DNA of 64,000 nucleotides from assembly GCA_026004035.1 (NCBI GenBank), contig BPII01000011.1, positions 11,416 to 75,415 of the forward strand, written 5' to 3'. Below the pieces are notes generated by a model. It made no database searches. It worked only from the letters and a program-made list of their open reading frames with translations, and was not told the DNA's origin. Position numbers and translations under genes: made by a program. The stretch comes from Candidatus Sericytochromatia bacterium (GTDB taxonomy: Bacteria; Cyanobacteriota; Sericytochromatia; UBA7694; JACMQJ01). Below, in pieces: positions 21,601-31,436 of this stretch (the first letter of the stretch is position 1; every line of letters begins with the position of its first letter).

Positions 21601-21954
21601 AGTTTAAGATCATTGGAAGAAATAATAAATGACTCTAATGCTACACAAGAAGTAAAAGACAGAGCTTTAGAGGCTCTTGCTGATATTGCATTAAAAGGAA
21701 ATTTAAGGATAGCACAACAAAGTTTAGAAATATTAAAAAATAATGCTATGAGTTCTACAGCATCAAAACAAACAAAAGATAAATCTATGAGTTTAATAGT
21801 AGATGTTGCTCTTTCTGATAGACAAATTTCTAAAAATGCTACTGAACTATTAAAAAGTAATACTATAGATGATGATTTAAAACTCAAAGCAATTTACTAT
21901 GCTCAAGCAAAAGATAAAGAAAAATCTGTTGATTTAATAGGAAATAAGAAATGA
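18676..21954 (+). CDS. Large hypothetical repeat protein (1092 aa) with an internal 12-aa tandem array and a HEAT-like C-terminus
   Basis: A long uninterrupted ORF in an AT-rich genome. It has a duplicated module YN.ANPNA.I.DLSQ.T..GINN (near 19100 and 19450), a GQTDGTNNTSN[AT] x9.6 array, and helical repeats such as VKDRALEALADIALKG. The track start is TTG; the ATG at 18715 is an alternative. Confidence 0.75.
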   Translation: MLKTYLNRFFRSNMQMADTAGLFDNVTQNTLSQLRDKNGNKINVTMEQFNEILQKLRNNPASLTNQELYILANVAEIGLKDGGYNRRLGNIDDGFWGAQHMTNMQAAISDRMQMMGDSAIVLNKFARGEALNDQEKELLLKIYNMANPNAKISDLSQATITGINNTFDFIQNQIQRIVDAVSKTEKGMFGRFNTVLQENLKRATGIIDQIGNAQAVFNLNASGNIIDVNDDLRNFSTVVSGMINPKGLTNEQIQKAIETYNAANPNAQIKDLSQMTEEGINNVYSSVSASSSSSSIAQSAASITSQLEGNITVSQATKDNLTKNFTEALANQLRANLINGFTNQEIQVVAIALAKSNGDIEKAKSILGNNTSAISLLDNIFNRNNPALINNFQAVGNLFNRLNEVQTEKVNLRIISSNMEKAEAMIGRLKGKEGEYNLATAKSLFDGINQIENQLKEAYDVSDISQLPQDVRDRFNKLKADANSVIRRIEEANNGTQVVRSNISSVNQAKQSGYNTGQTDGTNNTSNAGQTDGTNNTSNAGQTDGTNNTSNTGQTDGTNNTSNAGQTDGTNNTSNTGQTDGTNNTSNTGQTDGTNNTSNAGQTDGTNNTSNTGQTDGTNNTSNTGQTDGTNSQSSFNKDDKSLVEKILNDILENQDLSDVEKLEKVQELGRIYRNGSIFAKAALEELLEKGNDMIKQEASDQLNGSGKFLESMDAISQGFTKLSAFFDEIAILFFAIADKIMKKAFQEAQFDYGFSGQNNGSIASRYKDGANSPITDIYVNMKKMYNDSYAAWISMAQYEAILAGDEKKVHKLSENIKIAEENFKEMLRNLYEGNSQEINEQLKDAANKGNRLAKFAMGLPSLSFQKLGLKVDSIEQAISEAGRNLRTNDYKATARLANALNRGADPNNRDPDAMFYADNLNAYFASRNSQDNNNYIQSLQEVAVSRNSNFNQKNRAIRQIRDEAITGRLERAEESLRSLEEIINDSNATQEVKDRALEALADIALKGNLRIAQQSLEILKNNAMSSTASKQTKDKSMSLIVDVALSDRQISKNATELLKSNTIDDDLKLKAIYYAQAKDKEKSVDLIGNKK
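20224..20568 (+). repeat. 36-bp in-frame tandem repeat array (9 full copies plus one partial)
   Basis: There are two unit variants: A = ggtcaaacagatggtactaacaatacttctaatgca and B = ggtcaaacagatggcactaataatacttccaataca. The order is A A B' A B B A B B. The 108-bp A-B-B block is exactly duplicated (20332-20439 = 20440-20547). Confidence 0.95.
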
Positions 21955-22001
21955 AACAACAATTATTACAAGCTACACATGCAATGGCTTAGTCTTATTA
22001 A

Positions 22002-22532
22002 ATGATTGATAAAATTATTCTTGGTGGTGGTTGTTTTTGGTGTATTGAAGCAATTTTTCAAAGAATTAAAGGAGTAATATCTGTTACATCAGGCTATGCT
22101 GGTGGTGATTTAGAAAATCCTTCATATAAAGACGTTTGTTCTGGAAAAACTAATCATGTTGAAGTTGTTGAAATTATATATGATACAGATTTAATAACTT
22201 TAGAAGATTTGCTTTTTATATTTTGGAGAATACATGATCCAACAACATTAAATAGACAAGGTAATGATATTGGAACTCAGTATAAATCAGTAATATTTTA
22301 TTTTAATGATAATCAAAAAGAAATTATAATTAAATCAAAAAACGATACAGAAAAATTAAAAATATGGGATACTAGAATATTAACTGAGATATTACCGTTT
22401 AAAAATTTTTATAAAGCTGAGGATTATCATCAAAACTACTATAATGAAAATACTTATCAACCATATTGTTCTTATGTTATAACACCTAAAATAAATAAAT
22501 TAAAAAAAGAATTTAGTAAATTTATAAAGTAA
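22002..22532 (+). CDS. msrA: Peptide-methionine (S)-S-oxide reductase
   Basis: GGGCFWCIEAIF active-site motif, plus HDPTTLNRQGNDIGTQY. Confidence 0.92.
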   Translation: MIDKIILGGGCFWCIEAIFQRIKGVISVTSGYAGGDLENPSYKDVCSGKTNHVEVVEIIYDTDLITLEDLLFIFWRIHDPTTLNRQGNDIGTQYKSVIFYFNDNQKEIIIKSKNDTEKLKIWDTRILTEILPFKNFYKAEDYHQNYYNENTYQPYCSYVITPKINKLKKEFSKFIK

Positions 22533-22557
22533 TATTTAAACGTCTAGTATAATTTTT

Positions 22558-22617
22558 CACTCGAAATGCAACATTTATCAATTTTATCACTCGAAATGCA
22601 ACATTTATCAATTTTAT
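22558..22617. repeat. 30-bp perfect tandem duplication
   Basis: cactcgaaatgcaacatttatcaattttat occurs twice (22558-22587 and 22588-22617). It lies just downstream of msrA and next to repeat copy B. Confidence 0.9.
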
Positions 22618-22641
22618 AAAGTAGATATGACAATGGTTTTA

Positions 22642-22728
22642 GGCACTGGTTTAATGTTATTTTTTGATAAGATCAAAATCCTTTAATAGTAAGTATTTTA
22701 AAGATTTATATTAAAAAATACTTTAAAT
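22642..22728. repeat. 87-bp dispersed intergenic repeat, copy B
   Basis: See copy A (2612-2698). Same sequence in inverted orientation. Confidence 0.8.
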
Positions 22729-22732
22729 ATTG

Positions 22733-23977
22733 TTAAGGTTTTGAAGAAAATATTTTTTTCTTTGTATCAATTATTAAGTCATAAGTTTCTTTATCTTCAT
22801 TTTTAATTTTTTCAATGAAAAACATAAATGATTCATACAAGAAATAAAAGAAAATAAATAGAAAAAGTATCAAAAATAATATTAAAGTTTTTGGTGGTTT
22901 AGATTTTTTTGTAGGAACTTGTCCATCATCTAACACTTTTAATACAACCTTTTCTTTACTTTCTTTTAATTTGGATAATTCATATTCTTTAGTTAATAAT
23001 ATAAAAACTTGCTCTAATATTTTAACATTTCTAGATAAATTAACATAATCTACAGCAAAAGATGGAATATCTAGTAAATTAACAGTAAATTCTGTATTAC
23101 TATTATTTTTTACAGTTGTATAAATGTTATTTTTACTTATTAATTTACTTAATCGTCCTTTTAAGCTAGATATTGAAGCTTTAAGCGATTGAACTTTTAG
23201 ATTATTATCAGTATATATTTTACTTAATCCTTGTAGTTCAGCTTCAGATTTTATAATATTAGATTGCAATTCAGCTATTTCACTTATAATAGCTTGTCCT
23301 TGTTTATCTAAATCTATCATTTTATTTTGAACTTGAAAGTTAGTTAATCTTTTACTAGCAATATCTAATTCTTCTTTTACTTCTTTGAGTCTTTTTTCTA
23401 AAAATTCTTTGCTATTTTTAGCACTTTCTATATTAAAATCATTTAATTGATTAGATAAGAGTAACAGATACTCTTTTGCTATTTTTGAAGATAATTCTGG
23501 TTCATCTGTAGTTACTTGTATATAAAGAACACCATCAGCTACATTTTTTTCAACTATTTTATCTAACAATCTGAGCATATCTTCTATATATTCTTTATTA
23601 TATTTTTCCATTAAATTAAATTTTCTTATTATTTTTTCATTTATTTTTCTACTATTTAATATTTGTATGTATAAGTTATAAGGTTCCTTTCCAAACAATC
23701 CTCCTCCTATTTTTGGAACAAAATTAGGTAAATTTTCTTGTAATGATAAATTTAAATCAGATGAATATGCTTGAAGACTTTCAGGTGTTGGAGGTATAAA
23801 TGAAACTGTAGCTGTAAATTGATTAGGAATAATTAATAAAATTATTGCACTTAATAATGCTACAATAATAGTATTTCTTATTATTTTTATCTTTTTATTT
23901 AAAAAATGATTTAAAAAGTCAATAAGGTTTTTTATTATTTTTTTGGTTTCGATTGTTATTATTTTATCTTCTTCCAT
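22733..23977 (-). CDS. Polysaccharide chain-length determinant (Wzz/GumC-type PCP) protein
   Basis: N- and C-terminal TM helices flank a long coiled-coil periplasmic region. The N-terminal region resembles a Wzz domain (...FTATVSFIPP...). There is no kinase domain. Confidence 0.65.
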   Translation of the reverse strand: MEEDKIITIETKKIIKNLIDFLNHFLNKKIKIIRNTIIVALLSAIILLIIPNQFTATVSFIPPTPESLQAYSSDLNLSLQENLPNFVPKIGGGLFGKEPYNLYIQILNSRKINEKIIRKFNLMEKYNKEYIEDMLRLLDKIVEKNVADGVLYIQVTTDEPELSSKIAKEYLLLLSNQLNDFNIESAKNSKEFLEKRLKEVKEELDIASKRLTNFQVQNKMIDLDKQGQAIISEIAELQSNIIKSEAELQGLSKIYTDNNLKVQSLKASISSLKGRLSKLISKNNIYTTVKNNSNTEFTVNLLDIPSFAVDYVNLSRNVKILEQVFILLTKEYELSKLKESKEKVVLKVLDDGQVPTKKSKPPKTLILFLILFLFIFFYFLYESFMFFIEKIKNEDKETYDLIIDTKKKIFSSKP

Positions 23978-24001
23978 TTTTCTATAGAATTATTATATTT
24001 T

Positions 24002-24841
24002 TTAGTTATTAACAATAGCATATTTTCTTTTTGTTAAATTGAAAATATTTTCTTGCCATTTGAATATTTCTTGATAATTATCATCTTCAGCTATATAAGG
24101 AACTTTTTTAGCTACTGACAAATGACTAGCTAGTGTTATATCTGCTATTGTTAATCTATCACCTACTAAAAAGTTTTTATTTTTAATTTTAGTTTTTACT
24201 AAACTTAAACATTCCCTAGCTTTTATTTTTATATTAGTTTTATCTTCTAATTTAGTATTTTGATTTTTTAACATAGACTTAACTATAAACGGTGCTAATT
24301 TATCTTTATTTTTATCTATAAAATCAATATCTAAATTATAATCTTCTATTTCATTTATAAATTCAGGATGTTCTAATAAATACATTAAAGCAAGTTTTCC
24401 AAATAAAGGCTCAAAAATTTCATCTGCCCAATCTTCTAATAAAAGAACTTCATTATTTAAATCTTCGTTATCTTTTATATATATACTAGGTTCAGGATAA
24501 ATATTATCTAAATACTTAGCTATTTCAGTAGAATCATAAATTATATTACCTTTATGTTTTATAACAGGTAATAGTTCTTGTCCTGAAATATTTTTTATAA
24601 AATTTTTATTAACTAGAGGTAATAAATTTAAAGTTTTATAAGGTATTCCTTTATAATCCATTACTTTAGATACTTTTAAGCAAAATGGAGAATATTTATA
24701 TTGTATTAACAGTACAGTATTATCATCAACAGGTGGTAGTTTTGGATTTAAAGAAAATTTTCTTTTCAAAAAATTAAGACTAATAAAGCTAGTCAAAAAT
24801 CCTATTCCTAGTAATAAAAGTTTTTTTTTATTTAATGCCAT
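24002..24841 (-). CDS. Membrane-anchored glutaredoxin/GST-fold protein (mPGES2-like)
   Basis: An N-terminal TM helix, then a Grx-like SPFCLKV motif and LPVI...DSTEI (GST N-domain), followed by a GST-C-like helical region. Confidence 0.6.
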   Translation of the reverse strand: MALNKKKLLLLGIGFLTSFISLNFLKRKFSLNPKLPPVDDNTVLLIQYKYSPFCLKVSKVMDYKGIPYKTLNLLPLVNKNFIKNISGQELLPVIKHKGNIIYDSTEIAKYLDNIYPEPSIYIKDNEDLNNEVLLLEDWADEIFEPLFGKLALMYLLEHPEFINEIEDYNLDIDFIDKNKDKLAPFIVKSMLKNQNTKLEDKTNIKIKARECLSLVKTKIKNKNFLVGDRLTIADITLASHLSVAKKVPYIAEDDNYQEIFKWQENIFNLTKRKYAIVNN

Positions 24842-24856
24842 AATAAAATTAACTCC

Positions 24857-26068
24857 TTATAAAACCAAATTATAACCTTTTTCTTTTAGAACTTCTAGTA
24901 TTTGATTATTGTGTTCTTGATTTATTGTTTCAAGTAATATTTCAACTTCAGTATATCCTATTTTAATATTACTTTTTAATCTATTATGATTTATGTTAAT
25001 AACACTAGCATTTAAATGATAAATTATACCTAATAATGTATATAATGAACCAGGTATATCAGAAATCATTGTAGTAAATTTCAAATATCTACCTGCCTTT
25101 AATAATCCTTTTTTAACTATACTATCAATCATTTTTATATCAACATTACCACCACTTATAACAACACAAGTTTTACCTGATAATTTATTAATTTTTTTAT
25201 TTATAATACTTGCAATTCCTACAGCTCCAGAAGGTTCTACAACTAATTTACATCTTTCTATTAGATATATCATTGCTTCAGAAATTTCTTCATCATCAAC
25301 AGTAACAATATCATCAACATATTTTTTTATAATATTAAATGTTCTTTCAGTAGGTTTTTTTATATTTATACCATCAGCAATTGTTTGAGAAAAAGAAACA
25401 TTAATTAATCTACCTTCTTTATATGACTTATATAATGCAGGTGAGCCTTCAGCTTGAACACCTATTATTTTTATTTTATCATTAATAGTTTTTACAGCAA
25501 TAGATATTCCAGAAATTAAGCCACCACCACCTATTGGAATTATTATATTTTCTATATCGTTTATTTCCTCCAATATTTCAAGTCCTATTGTTCCTTGACC
25601 AGCTATTATATAATCATCATCAAAAGGACTAATAAATAAACTACCATTAGTTTTTTGCCAATTTAAAGCTTCTTCTGTAGTTTCATCAAAATTATTTCCT
25701 GTTATTATTACATTAGCACCATAGCCTTTTGTTGCTTCTATTTTTGCAATAGGTGCATTTTTAGGCATAAAAACAGTGGCTTTTATTCCAGCCATTTTTG
25801 CAGCATAAGATAATCCTTGTGCATGATTACCAGCTGAAGCTGTCATAACTCCTTTTTCTTTTTGTTCTTGAGATAAACTACATATTTTATTATAAGCACC
25901 TCTTATTTTATAAGAACCTGTTTTTTGAAGATTTTCTGGTTTTAGATATACAGGAAAACCGCAAATATCACTGAAAGTTTGTGAAAATTGTAAAGGAGTT
26001 TTATTTATGACATTCTTTATATTTTCTCTGGCTAGTAGAATATCATTATAAGATACATTTATATTCAT
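24857..26068 (-). CDS. ilvA: Threonine ammonia-lyase (PLP-dependent, with C-terminal ACT-like domain)
   Basis: The PLP lysine motif TGSYKIRGAYNK, GNHAQG and GGGGLISG. 403 aa. Confidence 0.88.
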   Translation of the reverse strand: MNINVSYNDILLARENIKNVINKTPLQFSQTFSDICGFPVYLKPENLQKTGSYKIRGAYNKICSLSQEQKEKGVMTASAGNHAQGLSYAAKMAGIKATVFMPKNAPIAKIEATKGYGANVIITGNNFDETTEEALNWQKTNGSLFISPFDDDYIIAGQGTIGLEILEEINDIENIIIPIGGGGLISGISIAVKTINDKIKIIGVQAEGSPALYKSYKEGRLINVSFSQTIADGINIKKPTERTFNIIKKYVDDIVTVDDEEISEAMIYLIERCKLVVEPSGAVGIASIINKKINKLSGKTCVVISGGNVDIKMIDSIVKKGLLKAGRYLKFTTMISDIPGSLYTLLGIIYHLNASVININHNRLKSNIKIGYTEVEILLETINQEHNNQILEVLKEKGYNLVL

Positions 26069-26115
26069 AAAAAATTAAATACAATAAATTACTTGATTTA
26101 TTTTAACATAAAAGA

Positions 26116-27132
26116 TTAATTTAAAGTTTTTACTTTTAAAATAGTTTCATCAATTTTATTTATTGCTTCTTTTAAAATATATCTTTCAATTGAAAGATGA
26201 TTAATTTTTTTTTGGATTTTTTCATCTTCTTTTTTTTCAAGTTCTTTAGAATAATTTTTTATACTTAATTCTACTTCTTCTAAATTCTTGGACAAATAAT
26301 TTCTCTTTTCTTTTATGCTATTTATAAATAAGTTTCTATCTAACTTTAAATGCAAATAATGTTCAAATGATAAAGGATCTGTATTTGTATATACTGGTTT
26401 ATTTACAAGTATAATTAATTCTTTAACTTTTTTATTGTAAGAATCAGCTAATCTTTTTAAAGTTAAATTTAATTCTGTTTTTTTTTCGCTATTTTCTTCT
26501 TTTTCAAAAATAGGATATATTTTGTTTATTTCATTTAATATTAAGTCAGCCTGTAATTTTTTATAAATTATTTCTTCTTGATGTGTGTTAATTAAATAAT
26601 GTTTTTTTATTTCTAATTCATCAAAAGATATGTTTTTAGAACTAAAAATTAAATCCATTACTAATTCAGTATCCAAAGGTTTTTTATTTTTATCATCATC
26701 TATATTTCTTTTTGTCATAACTTCACTTATAAGTTCTGGTGTTATTAAAACTAATCTGGAATAATTAAATATTTCTTCAGAATAAAAATCAAAATCTATA
26801 TCTTCAAAGTTTGCTTTTTTTGTATTTTCATTTATATCTTCTTTTATTTCTATCTTTTTCTGCTCTTTTTTTTCTTTTAAGTATTTTAGTTTTTGGTAAA
26901 TTTTATTAGCATTTATAGATTCATTAAGGTTAAACAAAGCTTCATAAGACTTAGATAACCATAAATAAATATCAGGTTCATCAGGATAATCTTTTGATAA
27001 TTCTTTTAATAAAATAACTGCTTCATTATAATTATGGTTATTATAAAGTTCAATTGCTTTATTTAATTTACTTTTATCAAAGGCTGATAATAATAAAAAT
27101 AAAAATGATAATAAAATAGTTTTTTTTATCAT
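26116..27132 (-). CDS. Secreted TPR plus coiled-coil protein (intact paralogue)
   Basis: Signal-like N-terminus, a TPR-like unit (YNEAVILLKELSKDYPDEPDIYLWLSKSYEALFNL), and the shared motif LVNKPVYTNTDPLSFEHY. Paralogous to 27129-28346. Confidence 0.7.
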   Translation of the reverse strand: MIKKTILLSFLFLLLSAFDKSKLNKAIELYNNHNYNEAVILLKELSKDYPDEPDIYLWLSKSYEALFNLNESINANKIYQKLKYLKEKKEQKKIEIKEDINENTKKANFEDIDFDFYSEEIFNYSRLVLITPELISEVMTKRNIDDDKNKKPLDTELVMDLIFSSKNISFDELEIKKHYLINTHQEEIIYKKLQADLILNEINKIYPIFEKEENSEKKTELNLTLKRLADSYNKKVKELIILVNKPVYTNTDPLSFEHYLHLKLDRNLFINSIKEKRNYLSKNLEEVELSIKNYSKELEKKEDEKIQKKINHLSIERYILKEAINKIDETILKVKTLN

Positions 27133-28346
27133 CTTTCTTCAATTACATCTAAAATTTTCTCTTTTTTAGGTAATTTAAAATCATCTATTTTATATTTATA
27201 CAAAGGATCTATTTTTTTTATTGTTTCATTAGCTTTATTATAGGAATCTATTAAAATATTTAATTCTATAGAATAGAATAGTAAATTTAGTTTATCTTTT
27301 GAAATTTTATTTTTTAATAAATTTATCTTATTTACTATTTCAAATTCATATCCTGATAATTCTTCAATAGGTTTTAACATAATTTTTTTATCTATTTTTG
27401 AAATTAAATTACTTAATTCTTTTTCTTGAGGAACAATTATACTTTTATAATTATTTACTTGTTTGCTAATATTTTCCAAAGCTATTTTAAATATGTCTTT
27501 TTTTTGCTCTAAAAATTGTATATATTCTTGAGGTTCCTTATTAGAAATTTGGTAATATTCGAAGCTAAGAGGATCAGAATTAGTTAGAACAGGTTTATTA
27601 ATTAACTCTAAAAGTTTATTTTCACATTCCTTATATTCTTTTATAAAATCATTTATTTTTTTTTCTAGTAACAATTTTTTGTCGTTATCATTTTCCACTG
27701 AAAAGTTGTATTTTAAAGTTTCAATTTCTAACTCAATTAATGATGCTTTACTTTTATAAAAAAGTATAGATTCTTGTTGATTTGCTATACCATAATATAC
27801 TTTAATTTCAAAATTTTTATTAAATCTAGAAAGAACATCACTGTCTAATGGAACACTATCAAATAAGTCTTTAATTTCTTTAAATTCAAAATATTTTTCG
27901 TTATCATCTTTTCTTAAAGAAATAGCTTTTTCTATAAAATTATCATCTATTGGATTAATTTTAAATAAATCATTTTCTTGATTTGCTTTGTTGCTTCTTC
28001 TTCAATTCTTTCTTAAATTATTATTTTTTTTATTTTTTAGTTGCTTCGATTTCAATTTTTGAAATATTTCATTTTCTTCCATTGATCTTTGTAAATCAAA
28101 TGTTGCTTCATAAGCTTTTGAAAGCCACTGATGTGGTGTAGGATTATCAGGTTCTTCTTGAGCTGCTTTATTTAGTAATTCTATTGCTTTTTTGTAATCT
28201 CCTTGATTATACATCTTTATTCCTTCTTCAAGGTTGGTATTTGCAAAAGAGTAAGAAGGATAAAATGATACTATTAAAGTAACTAATATAATTTTTATTT
28301 TATTTTTCTTCATTGGTTTCATTTGGATTACTTCCACCTTCATCAA
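27129..28346 (-). pseudogene. Tandem paralogue of 26116-27132, split by a single in-frame TGA
   Basis: Track ORFs 28002-28346 and 27129-27698 lie in the same frame. The 101 codons between them are stop-free, and the only interruption is the TGA at 28002-28004. The downstream piece starts at a GTG with no obvious RBS. Confidence 0.7.
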
Positions 28347-29718
28347 GTATATAAGGGGTTACCATTAATATTAGCTCTACTTCTGATTCTGACCAAGAAT
28401 TAGCACCAAATAGTGGATCCTAAAAATGGTATGTCACCAAGTATTGGTAATTTTATTTGATCCAGTTGATGTATTTTTTCTTTTTAATCCACCTAGTACT
28501 ATTGACTCACCAGATTTAACTTTCATTGTTGTTTTCAGTTGTCTATCTAAGTGTTTCTGGAACAGGATTACCATTAACAATAACATCTTTACCTCTGCTA
28601 CTTATAGATGGGTTTAATTCTAAAGTAATAAATCCTTCTTCAGTATCTATCATAAGGGTTTAACTTTATGACTATCACCTATTTGTATATTTTAATATGT
28701 TTGAGTTGCTCCTGTTGCTGTTTGTGTTGTTTGTATTATAGGGACGTTTTCAGTTGCGGAAAATTCAGCTTCTTTACCACTTTGAGTAGCTATTCTAGGA
28801 TTAGAAAGAATTTTAGCTTTACTATCAGATATTAAAGCATTTAATTCAGCATTAAATTAGCTGTAAAATTTCTTAATGCTTGAAAATCTAATCTTATACC
28901 TGACGTAGTAACAGGAGGAGCACCTGCATTTGTTAATGCTGATGATTGAATAAGAGACAGTTCCAGCCACCAGCACCTTGTTGCTAAGTGCTTGAGCTGA
29001 ATTATTAAATGCCGCACCAAATTGTTTTTGACCATAGCCATAGCTCATACCTAAGTGTTTTAGCAGCTTGTTCAGTTAACTTCTACTAATTTTATTTCTA
29101 TCATAACTTGAGGTATTTTTTGATCTACTATAGATAATACAGACTCTAAAAAATCCATTTGAACTGGTCTTCCAATTACTGATAATATATTATTTTCATC
29201 AGTTGGTATCATTTCAGGTTTTGTTTTACCAGTAGTATAAAATCTTGTCATTCTTTTTAATAGCTTCTGATGGTTTCATATTTTTAATCTTATAATTTTT
29301 CATTATGGAGTCATCTATACCATTTCTTTTAAGTTCTTCTTCATCTGATATAAATATTGTTCTATTTATTTTTCTTGCTGTTAAACCTTTCATTTGTAAA
29401 ACTATACTTAAAGCTTCGCTTAATTTTACATTACTAAGTTCTATTCTATTAATAGAAGATTCTGTTACTTCTTTTTTACCACCTATTACTAAACTATAGC
29501 CTGTTTGATTCACTAAAGCTTTTAATATATCACTTACAATTGCATCACTGACTTTTAAATTAACATTAGGGTCTTTTTCTAACTTTATTAATGGTGTAAC
29601 TGATGTTTTTGTATTATTTACACTTATAGTTTGACAATCTTTCAGCTGCTAAAGTATTTGTAGATATTCCTAAGACTAAACTTAAAGACAAAATTAATTT
29701 TAATGATTTATTCATCAT
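28300..29718 (-). pseudogene. pilQ: Type IV pilus secretin PilQ, multiply frameshifted
   Basis: ATG at 29718 with RBS AAGGAG and the signal peptide MMNKSLKLILSLSLVLG. Fragments in different frames include the N-domain (track ORF 29226-29513), LNALISDSKAKILSNPRIATQSGKEAEF, KLPILGDIPFLG and the C-terminal ELILMVTPYIL. Confidence 0.8.
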
Positions 29719-29734
29719 ATTCAACTCCTTAGAT

Positions 29735-30727
29735 TTATTCTTCTTCAATTAATAATCTTGCCTTATATATTCCATCTGTTATTAAGAACAGATTTTCTAT
29801 TAAAATCTATAGAAACTATTCTTAATCTATCTCCATTATTATTTATTTCATCACCAACTCCTAGTAATTTACTTTCATCATTTACTGATAAAATAGCTAG
29901 TGGTTTAGTTCCTGTAACTATACCTGTTAATTTTAGATCCTTCTGATAAGTCGTTTTGCTTCTGAGACTAATATTTCTTCTTCTGTATTTTTATTATCAA
30001 CAATAATTTTTTTACCCGCATCTGTTTTTGGTATTTGTACAGGAGGTTTAACTTTGCTTTTATTTGTAGTTAATATTTTTATTATTTATATTTTTAGTAC
30101 AATAGATTATTATTTTTAATTTTAACATCATTTTTACTCGCATCAATTTTTGCTTGTTTCAGTAATGCTTCTCTTTCTTTTTCCATTTTCATAGCTAGTA
30201 AAGCTTTCTTTTCTTCTATTAATTCTTGAGGTACTTCTGGTAAGTTTATCTATTTTTGGTGGTTTCAGAGATATAAAAGGATCTACTCTACCACTATTTA
30301 ATCTTGCTTCTAATATTATCTCTTTAAAATCTTTCTGTTTTATTATTTCATCTTTAGGTAACTTCTACTATTTGTTCTATAGTTGTACTTTGAATTGGTT
30401 CAGGTGTTTGTAAAGGTTCAGGTGTTTTTATAACTTTAGGCGTTTCAATTGGTTCAGCTGTTTTATGATATTTCGATTTTTGGTAGTTTCTTTGACTATT
30501 TTTTCAGTTGGTTTTGGTATGGGTTTTATACTTTCTTTAATAGATATCTGATTGCTTTTATTTGATTTGTAGGTTGCGTTGTTATTGTAGGCGCTAACTG
30601 GTTCAGATGTTTGAATTGGATTATATACAATCTCTTCAGGTTCTTCTATGTAGTAAGAAAGTACATGTAATGATACTGCTGAAGTTATCAGTGCTGGTAA
30701 TATTATAGCATGTTTATTTATATTCAC
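29735..30727 (-). pseudogene. PilP-like pilus assembly protein with extended N-terminal region, frameshifted
   Basis: The N-terminal TM ORF is 30428-30727. The C-terminal piece LKLTGIVTGTKPLAILSVNDESKLLGVGDEI...RLRIVSIDFN resembles the PilP beta-domain. The pieces are in different frames. Confidence 0.45.
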
Positions 30728-30730
30728 TAC

Positions 30731-31400
30731 TTAATTTCCTCCTTCAGGTAAAAGGTAAGCTCTTAAATTAAGAGTTACTTTTAAAGCACTAAATTTATAA
30801 TCATTATCAGTTATAGGTGATAATGATATAGAAGCGGGATTTATAGCTCTTTGGTATTTTTCTAAATCTTTAAATAAACTTATTATATTAGGATAACTTG
30901 ATTCTAATGAAAGGTTTAAAGGAGTTTGACTTAAATTTAAATCAGCAGGTACACCACTTGCTAAATTTGAGGTAAATTAACTCTTTGTATAGAACCTGGG
31001 ACTAAATCAAATAAATCAGATTTATTATTTAATTCAACAAATTTTCCATATCATATATTAATGATGGAAGATTTTCTTTTGTAGGTATTCTTTCTTGTAG
31101 TTTTGCTATTTCTTTATTTAAATCTTCTATTGCTTTTTCTGTTTCATCTATTTTTCTATATCTTTTAGTTGTAGGGTTATAACCTAATTTTGTTTCTAAT
31201 GCTTGATTATCAGAAGATAGTTTTTCATTTTCTTCTAATAAAGTTTGATATTCTGTATATATTGGATATAATAAGTAATATCCTCCACCTAATAAAATTA
31301 GTAGAGATAAAACTCCACCAGCTATTAACTTATAAGATTCAGGTATATTTTTAAAAGAATCTGTATTTATTGTTATACCAAATACTTTTGTTTCTGCCAT
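30731..31400 (-). pseudogene. pilO: Type IV pilus assembly protein PilO, two frameshifts
   Basis: A 123-aa N-terminal ORF (TM plus coiled coil) is followed by VELNNKSDLFDLVPGSIQRVNLPQ and then NLASGVPADLNLSQTPLNLSLESSYPNIISLFKDLEKYQRAINPASISL..., each in a different frame. Confidence 0.6.
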
Positions 31401-31436
31401 TTTTCACCTAATTCATATTAATTTCAAATCTTAGAT

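Noticed and set aside
17691-21954. Horizontal acquisition of the orphan pairs inferred from higher local GC
   Set aside because: Spot counts show these genes are less AT-rich than neighbouring hypotheticals. Conserved housekeeping genes such as hppA show similar values, so composition alone does not indicate foreign origin.
22558-22617. Possible CRISPR array or other spaced repeats (also 43863-43902 and 20224-20568)
   Set aside because: The repeats are directly abutting tandem duplications with no spacers, and one array is in-frame coding sequence. No cas genes are present.
28002-28004. In-frame TGA as evidence for an alternative genetic code (UGA = Trp or Gly)
   Set aside because: TGA clearly terminates other well-defined genes here, for example hflX at 46387-46389 and the 1092-aa ORF at 21952-21954. 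Trp is encoded by TGG throughout, and long ORFs are intact under the standard code. A nonsense mutation or local read-through is more likely.
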